Source of the DNA: an uncultured Actinomycetes bacterium
GTDB taxonomy: Bacteria; Actinomycetota; Thermoleophilia; UBA2241
Reading direction: 5' to 3'
DNA length: 64,000 nucleotides
NCBI GenBank assembly: GCA_963725665.1
Contig: CAVRZA010000011.1
Span: forward strand, 128,001 to 192,000
Shown here piece by piece: positions 57,865 through 64,000 of this stretch (its first letter is position 1; each line of letters opens with the position of its first letter). The position numbers were made by a program, and so were the translations under genes. Under the pieces are notes generated by a model that was not told the DNA's origin, searched no databases, and saw only the letters and a program-made list of their open reading frames with translations.

Positions 57865-58701
57865 ATGTATCCGGTCCTCTTCCATCTCGGCCCGTTCACC
57901 TTCTACAGCTTCGGTCTCATGGCCGCGCTGGCGCTCATCGTGCCGGCCTACTTCGTGTGGCGGCTCCTGCGCACGCGCGGCGTCCCGGGGGAGTTCTGCT
58001 ACGAGCTCATCTTCGCCGCCGGCATCGGCGGCTTCGCCGGGGCCCGCATCTACTGGATCGTCCAGCACTGGAGTGAGGCCAGCAAAGACCTCTTCAACTT
58101 CCTCGTCGGCGGCTTCGGCCTGACCTGGTACGGCGGCCTCATCGGTGGCTTTATCGGCGTGGTGGGCTGGAGCCTGATACGCAAGCAGAAGGTGGGCCTA
58201 GTCGCCAACGCGATGGGACCGGCCGTGGCCCTCGGCTACGCCATCGGGCGAGTCGGCTGCCAGCTCTCCGGCGACGGCGACTACGGCAAGCCGACGACGT
58301 CGTTCCTGGGGATGGCGTACCCCCACGGCACCGTGCCGACGCCGGCTGGCGTCGAGGTCTGGCCGACGCCGATCTTCGAGATCCTCATCATGGTGCCGAT
58401 CTTCCTAATCCTGTACCGCATGGCGAAGAAGCCCCAACCCGGCTGGTACGTGTTCGGCTGGTTCCTGGTGCTGTCGGGCATCGAGCGCCTTCTCATCGAG
58501 TTCATTCGACGTAACCCCGTCTGGCTCTTCGGCCTGACCGCGCCGCAGATCCTCTCGATCGTGAGCGTCGCCATCGGAGTCGGCATCATCATGGTGCAGC
58601 AGCACAAGCCGCCCGTCGAGGTCCGGCTGCGGGAAGAACGTCTGGGCCCGCAGCCACGCGCAAAGCGCGGCGCCGGCAAGAGGGTGGGGGCGAAAGCCTA
58701 G
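57865..58701 (+). CDS. lgt: Prolipoprotein diacylglyceryl transferase
   Basis: MYPVLF, GARIY, WYGGLIG, IGRVGC, PTPIFE, RLLIEFIR. Confidence 0.9.
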   Translation: MYPVLFHLGPFTFYSFGLMAALALIVPAYFVWRLLRTRGVPGEFCYELIFAAGIGGFAGARIYWIVQHWSEASKDLFNFLVGGFGLTWYGGLIGGFIGVVGWSLIRKQKVGLVANAMGPAVALGYAIGRVGCQLSGDGDYGKPTTSFLGMAYPHGTVPTPAGVEVWPTPIFEILIMVPIFLILYRMAKKPQPGWYVFGWFLVLSGIERLLIEFIRRNPVWLFGLTAPQILSIVSVAIGVGIIMVQQHKPPVEVRLREERLGPQPRAKRGAGKRVGAKA

Positions 58702-59489
58702 ATCGACAGCGGCGTCGGCGCGGGGACCAGCAACAGCGGGCAGGGCGTGCCCTCGAGCAGCGCCTTGACCCGTTCGCAATGACCCTCGGCGAGCGAATGG
58801 CTCCACGCCGCGACTATCACGTCGGCCCCCAACTCGAGCGCCTCCTGCTGGATGACCTCCCTCGGGTCCCCCACGCGCACGATCGTGCGGTGCCTGCCGC
58901 CCTGGGGGCACTGTGAGAAACGCATGGTGAACTCCTCGCGCCACGACGTCCACTCGTAGTGCTCCTGGTCCATCATGCGCGGCGCCGGCAAGCTGCCCGG
59001 CTCCAGCGGTACGTCCGAGGTCACCACGTGCAAGGCGATGAGCTCGCGTCCCTTGGCGCAGAAGCCCTCCTCGGCGCGACGCATGGCCTCCGACGACGAG
59101 GGGCTGCCTTCGAGCGGCACCAGGACACGCTTGATGTTCGTCACCTCGCGTATCCCCGGCCTGCCGACGAGAAGCGACACGGCCGACTCGCGCACCAGGT
59201 GATCGGTGAGCTCACCTTCGTCGCACAAGGCGCCGGCGAGACAGAAGGAGAGGACGCTCACGTCGTCGGCGCGCGTCGCGGCGAGGATCTCACCCACGGG
59301 GTCGTCGCCGAGATCGACGATCTCGACGTCGCGCGCCAGCTTGTTGGGTATCTCGGGCACCGCGCCGCCGGCGCCGCCAGGAACACGCAGCACGCGCACG
59401 GGCCAGCCGGCGGCGAGAGCGATGGCCCGCGAAGACGCGAGCGCCTTCAGGCAGTCGCTGCCTTCCTCAAGGGCGAACAGGAGAGTCAT
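58698..59489 (-). CDS. Tandem universal stress protein
   Basis: RVLVPLEGS, ALHV, GDPREVI, PCPLLLV; ATGA overlap with the GH65 gene. Confidence 0.8.
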   Translation of the reverse strand: MTLLFALEEGSDCLKALASSRAIALAAGWPVRVLRVPGGAGGAVPEIPNKLARDVEIVDLGDDPVGEILAATRADDVSVLSFCLAGALCDEGELTDHLVRESAVSLLVGRPGIREVTNIKRVLVPLEGSPSSSEAMRRAEEGFCAKGRELIALHVVTSDVPLEPGSLPAPRMMDQEHYEWTSWREEFTMRFSQCPQGGRHRTIVRVGDPREVIQQEALELGADVIVAAWSHSLAEGHCERVKALLEGTPCPLLLVPAPTPLSI

Positions 59490-62400
59490 GGCTTCTCTCT
59501 CCATATTCCCCCGCGCCCACGGACGTATGTGTGCGCGCCGCGCTCGAGGTGCGCCGCCGTGCGGCCGATCACGGCGTCGACCGCGGCGCCCTCGACCTGC
59601 ACCTTGAGGGTCGCGCCGTCGGTCCAGACCTCGAGTCGCGCTCCCCTGAAGCGCAGCGGGAAGCGCAGGCTCTTCCAGTGCTCCGGCAGGTGGGGGTGGA
59701 GGACGACGGCGTCGCCGTGCCGGCGCACGCCGCCGAAGCCCATCACCGTGGCTTGCCAGAGGCCGCCCATGGTCGCCATGTGCAGGCCGCGGGCGGCGTT
59801 GCCCATGTTGTCGGAGAGGTCGACGTCGGCCGCCAGCCGGTAGGAGTCGGTGGCGGCGGCCATCTTGCCCAGCCGGGCTGCGACGGCCGCGTGGATCGCG
59901 GGCGAGAGCGAGCTGCCGTGCACGGTGATAGGTTCGTAGTAATCAAAGTTGGCCGCCGCCACCTCCTGGCTCACCTCGTCGGGCAGCAGGTAGTTCATCA
60001 TCACGACGTCGGCCTGCTTGATCACCTTGGCGTGCTGTGTGACCTCGCGTCCCAGGATGAGATCGGCCGGCATCGGCCTCGGCGTGAGTCGCTCCGGCTC
60101 GATGTCGTCGAGCTCGAAGAAGCCGCCGAACTGCTCGTAGAGCTTCGTCTCGGGGTCGAAGCCGTCGACCATGTTGTCGGCCACAAGGCGCCAGTCGCGC
60201 AGCTCCTTGTCGCTGAGCCGCAGCTTGCGCCGCAGCTCGCCGGCTCGCTTGGGGTCGCGCTCGCCAAGCCAGGCGATGGCGTCGAGGCCGCGGCGGATGT
60301 TCCAGCGCGCCAAGACGTTGGTGTAGGCGTTGTCGTCGACGCTCTCGTGGTACTCGTCGGGGCCGACGACGAGGCGGATGTGATGACGGCCCTCGTCGTC
60401 GTGGCTCGCGCGCGACACCCAGAAGCGAGCCGTCTCGAGGATCATCTCGGCCCCCATGCTGTTGAAGAACTGGTCGTCGCCGGTCACCTTCCAGTACTCC
60501 CACGTCGCCCAGGCCACGTCGGCGGAGATGTGGTGCTCGAGGATCCCTGAGAGGATGGGGATGATCTCGCCGTCGGGCCCCAGGCCGTACGGCGGTGTGG
60601 TCTCGTCGCCGGTGTCGGCCGACTCCCAAGGGTACATGGCGCCGCGGTGGCCGAAGCGCTGCGCCTTGCGGCGCGCCATGTCCAGGCGGTTGTAGCGGTA
60701 GGTCAGCAGCGCCCGCGCCGTCGGCGGGTGCGAGTAGATGAAGAAGGGCACGACGAAGATCTCGGTGTCCCAGAAGACGTGCCCGAAGTACGACATGCCG
60801 GAGAGGCCGCGGGCGCCCACCGAGACGTTGGCATTCGTCGGGTCGGCCGTCGAGATCATGTGGTAGACGGAGAAGCGCACGGCGCGGAGCGCGTGGTCGT
60901 CGCCCTCGATGGCCACGTCGGCGTCGCGCCAGCGCTCCTCCCAAGCCTCGCGATGGCGGCGCAGGAGCTCGTCGTAGCCGGTCTGGCGCGCCTCGCCCAG
61001 CAGCCGCGTGGCGCGGTTCTCGGGCGGTACCTGGCGCGGCGAGGCGGCGACGGCGGCGAGGCGGTCGACCGTCGCCGGCTCGCCGCTCTCGAGCCGCCCG
61101 CCGATCACGTCGCGGTACATCTCGAGGCGCCGCGACACCGGCGAGCCGGGCGCCGGGGTGGTGGCCACGGCTAGGACGTGGCCACCACCCCGGCGCCCGC
61201 GCGTCCTGGCCACGAAGCCCTCGCCGTCGAGCACCTCGACGGCGGCGTCGGTGGTCGGCCCACCGGCGTGGGTGATGCCGAGGCAACCCTCCCACGTGAG
61301 CCTGCCGGAGAAGTTCTCGGGCGTCGCCTCGGCGCGCACGGCGAGCAGGTGACGGTCGGCGAGCGAGGCGAAGCGCGCCGTGCGCAGGCGCACCTCACGT
61401 CCCATGCGGTCGCGCTGCCGCCAGACGCGGAACACGAGCCCCTGGCGCATGTCGAGGATGCGCGTGTGCTCGAGGATCTCCCCGTTGGCGAGGTTCAACG
61501 GCGAGCCGTGCACGAGCAGGCGCAGGCAGAGCCAGTCGGGGGCCGGCACCGGCTGGCGGACGCGCGGCTCGGAGGTGCCGTCGCCGTACACGCCGGCCAC
61601 GAAGGTGGCCGGCGTCGAGGCGGCCGAGCCCTCCTCGAGTGAGCCGCGCGTGCCGGTTTCGCCGTTGGCTACGGTCATCCAGGTCTCGACCTCGCGCTCG
61701 CGGAAGGGGTCGAAGCCATCCACCCTGAAGAGCCACGCCGGATCGGCCGTCGGCTCGGGGAACCCTTCACGCGCGACACGCTCCCGCAGCTCGATCTGCG
61801 CATCGAGGATGCGCAACAATCCCTCGGGTCCGCCCCCGACGTGCAGCACCGGCGGCGCCACGCCGCCGCGCTCGGGACCGACCGAGACGTACTGCGAGTG
61901 CACGAGCTCCGGCACGACGAGTTCCTCGTCCTCGCCGGGCGCGCCGTCGAGCGGGCCGAACTCGGCGCCGCAGACGAGCAGGTCGCTCGTCTCGCGCCCG
62001 CGCTCGCGGACCAGATAGCGCGCCACCCAGCGAATGCTGTCCGACCCGTCGGTGAGACCGATCTCGACGCGCCCGTCGCCGGCCGTGAGGCGCGCCTTGC
62101 CGAACCCGATCTCGTCGGCTAGGCGCGAGGCCAGCGCCAACACCCCGCGCAGACCCTCGAACCCTGCCCGCGCGACTCGGCGGGCGGCCTCTGCCTCGAT
62201 CTCGCGGCGGTCGAGCGCCGACGCCTCGCGCTGCTCCGTGCCCGCGGCCTCAGGCCGGCCGGCTCCGTCGGCCTCGCCGCCCTCCAACGCCCCGCCGCGT
62301 GCGTCCGCTCCCGCACCGCCCTCTTCACCGCGGTCGACATCGGGCAGGAGGTCGACCACGCGGCGGCTGAGCGGCCTGCCCTCGGCGCGCGCCTCGAGAC

Positions 62401-62845
62401 CGCGCTCGCCGAGCTCGCCGCACAGCCGTGCGGCGAGCTCGGCGAGCTTCTGCTCCTCGTCGGGGGTCGGCCGCCGGCGCTGCAGCAGGCGCGGCCCCCG
62501 CGGGCCGACGACGTAGGCTTCGGAGCCTGCCGAGAGCAGCAGGAAGAGGCGTCCTTCGACGCCGGGGCGTGCGTGCAGTTGCCCGTCGACCGCCTGCACG
62601 GCGGCGGTGCTCATGATCGCCACGTCGACGCCGAGCGCCGTCAGGCGCTCGACGCGACTGCGTACAGGGCTCGCGTCGACGTCGGGATCCGGCACGGCGG
62701 TGCCCAGCCAATCGAAAGCGACCACGGGGTAGAGGCGGCCGAGCTCGTGGAAACCGCCGGCGGTGCCGGGGGCCGCGGCAAAGGCCGCCCACGCCTCGGC
62801 CGATCCGCCGTCCCCTCGATCTGTTCCGCGCTCCGTCGCGCTCAT
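59486..62845 (-). CDS. Glycoside hydrolase family 65 phosphorylase with N-terminal HAD-like domain
   Basis: NGETGTRG, ARGLSG..YFGHVFWDTE, GPDEYH, DNAYTN, KQAD, GSSLS; N-term AFDWLGT. Confidence 0.9.
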   Translation of the reverse strand: MSATERGTDRGDGGSAEAWAAFAAAPGTAGGFHELGRLYPVVAFDWLGTAVPDPDVDASPVRSRVERLTALGVDVAIMSTAAVQAVDGQLHARPGVEGRLFLLLSAGSEAYVVGPRGPRLLQRRRPTPDEEQKLAELAARLCGELGERGLEARAEGRPLSRRVVDLLPDVDRGEEGGAGADARGGALEGGEADGAGRPEAAGTEQREASALDRREIEAEAARRVARAGFEGLRGVLALASRLADEIGFGKARLTAGDGRVEIGLTDGSDSIRWVARYLVRERGRETSDLLVCGAEFGPLDGAPGEDEELVVPELVHSQYVSVGPERGGVAPPVLHVGGGPEGLLRILDAQIELRERVAREGFPEPTADPAWLFRVDGFDPFREREVETWMTVANGETGTRGSLEEGSAASTPATFVAGVYGDGTSEPRVRQPVPAPDWLCLRLLVHGSPLNLANGEILEHTRILDMRQGLVFRVWRQRDRMGREVRLRTARFASLADRHLLAVRAEATPENFSGRLTWEGCLGITHAGGPTTDAAVEVLDGEGFVARTRGRRGGGHVLAVATTPAPGSPVSRRLEMYRDVIGGRLESGEPATVDRLAAVAASPRQVPPENRATRLLGEARQTGYDELLRRHREAWEERWRDADVAIEGDDHALRAVRFSVYHMISTADPTNANVSVGARGLSGMSYFGHVFWDTEIFVVPFFIYSHPPTARALLTYRYNRLDMARRKAQRFGHRGAMYPWESADTGDETTPPYGLGPDGEIIPILSGILEHHISADVAWATWEYWKVTGDDQFFNSMGAEMILETARFWVSRASHDDEGRHHIRLVVGPDEYHESVDDNAYTNVLARWNIRRGLDAIAWLGERDPKRAGELRRKLRLSDKELRDWRLVADNMVDGFDPETKLYEQFGGFFELDDIEPERLTPRPMPADLILGREVTQHAKVIKQADVVMMNYLLPDEVSQEVAAANFDYYEPITVHGSSLSPAIHAAVAARLGKMAAATDSYRLAADVDLSDNMGNAARGLHMATMGGLWQATVMGFGGVRRHGDAVVLHPHLPEHWKSLRFPLRFRGARLEVWTDGATLKVQVEGAAVDAVIGRTAAHLERGAHTYVRGRGGIWREKP

Positions 62846-63047
62846 CTGGCGTCTGGTCCCTTCTATCCGACGCCCGGGTACGCTAGCCCTCCCTCAAGCG
62901 CAGCGCAAGGCTAGGCGCGTTCCCGAAGTCGACCCGCCCTTGGACCTTTCCCGTACTCGAGCGACCGGACACGGTAGACTTGACGCTGATCGTCGCCCCG
63001 TCGGGGCGACAGCGTTCCAGCTACCGTGACGCGAGGAGTGGCCGTCG

Positions 63048-64000
63048 GTGATCGAGTTCGATGTCGAGTACGTCCGCAGGCAGTTTCCCGCCCTCGAGAG
63101 GTCGATAAACGGCTTCCCGGCGGCCTATCTCGACGGCCCCGGCGGCACGCAGGTGCCCCGACGGGTGGTCGACGCGGTCGTCGGCTACCTCGTCGATCAC
63201 AACGCCAACACCCACGGCGTCTTCGCGACCAGCGAGGAGAGCGACGCCATCCTCGACCACGCCCATCGCGCCGCAGCCGACTTCCTCGGCTGCGATCGCG
63301 ACGAGGTCAGTTACGGCGCCAATATGACGACCCTCACCCTGCTGCTCGCCCAGGCGATCGCTCGCGAGCTTCGGCCGGGCGACGAGATCCTTGTGACGCA
63401 GCTCGACCACGAGGCGAACCGCGGCCCCTGGGACCAGCTCAACGACCATGGCGTCGTGATCCGCGAGGCGCCCGTCGACCTGGTCACGTGCACCATCGAC
63501 TGGGAAGGGCTCGAGGAGCTGGTCGGCGAGCGCACGAAGGTGATCGCTATCGGCTACGCCTCGAACGCGGTCGGCACGGTCAACGACGTGCGCCGGGCCG
63601 CCGCCGTAGCCCGGCGGGCCGGCGCCCTGTCGGTCATCGACAGCGTGCACTACGCTCTGCACGGACCCATCGACGTGCGCGACATCGGCTGCGACGTGCT
63701 GCTTTGCTCGGCCTACAAGTTCTTCGGACCTCACGTGGGCATCATGTACGTCCGCCGCTCGGTCAGCGAGCGCTTGCGGCCGCTCAAGCTGCGCGCCCAG
63801 GAAGACGCACCCCCCTTCAAGTGGGAGACGGGCACGCTGAACCACGAAGGCATGGCCGGCGCCGGCGAGGCGATCGAGTTCATCGCCGACCTCGGACGTC
63901 ACCACGAGGCCTTCATCGAGGAACGAGCGCCGGGGCGGCTGACCGGCCTGAGTGGTCGGCGGCGCGACATCGTGGCCGGCATGATCGCCACCGAGCTCTA
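63048..64000 (+). CDS. Cysteine desulfurase-like aminotransferase class V (3' truncated; absent from ORF track)
   Basis: SD GAGGAG; VRRQFPAL, YLDGPGGTQVP, LDHEAN, ASNAVG, DSVH, SAYKFFGPH, ETGT. Confidence 0.9.
   Translation, partial: MIEFDVEYVRRQFPALERSINGFPAAYLDGPGGTQVPRRVVDAVVGYLVDHNANTHGVFATSEESDAILDHAHRAAADFLGCDRDEVSYGANMTTLTLLLAQAIARELRPGDEILVTQLDHEANRGPWDQLNDHGVVIREAPVDLVTCTIDWEGLEELVGERTKVIAIGYASNAVGTVNDVRRAAAVARRAGALSVIDSVHYALHGPIDVRDIGCDVLLCSAYKFFGPHVGIMYVRRSVSERLRPLKLRAQEDAPPFKWETGTLNHEGMAGAGEAIEFIADLGRHHEAFIEERAPGRLTGLSGRRRDIVAGMIATEL

Noticed and set aside
1-64000. tRNA, rRNA or CRISPR loci
   Set aside because: No cloverleaf, rRNA-like tract or repeat-spacer array recognised by eye; tRNAscan-SE and Infernal would be needed to exclude small RNAs.

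Overview
High-GC (about 70% by eye) bacterial chromosome segment. The gene content (hemE-hemH-hemY, L,D-transpeptidase, many apparently leaderless genes, Hdr/Mvh and DUF362 anaerobic redox genes) suggests an anaerobic Actinomycetota, possibly Thermoleophilia-like; this is inference. About 55 CDS; no rRNA, tRNA or CRISPR seen. Many genes are split by 1-bp indels that look like uncorrected long-read errors. Main results: (1) A complete IS110 element (49337-50773) whose non-coding end contains a readable bridge RNA. Its four guide segments match both element/host junctions, it forms TTGACA-N17-TACCTT only on the excised circle, it sits between the Shine-Dalgarno and ATG of a host gene, and it carries an end-to-end antisense ORF placed to use the host RBS. 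(2) A glycosyl/radical-SAM cluster with a TIGR04282(DUF2064)-radical SAM/SPASM fusion ending in C-I-UGA-G-Y-UGA followed by a SECIS-like hairpin (candidate selenoprotein). (3) A 10-kb hdrB-hdrA(L)-mvhD-fdx-hdrA::mvhD-hdrC/B-hdrC operon with no hydrogenase or Flx genes. (4) Recurrent perfect inverted repeats inside coding sequences. All family assignments come from motif recognition, not database searches.
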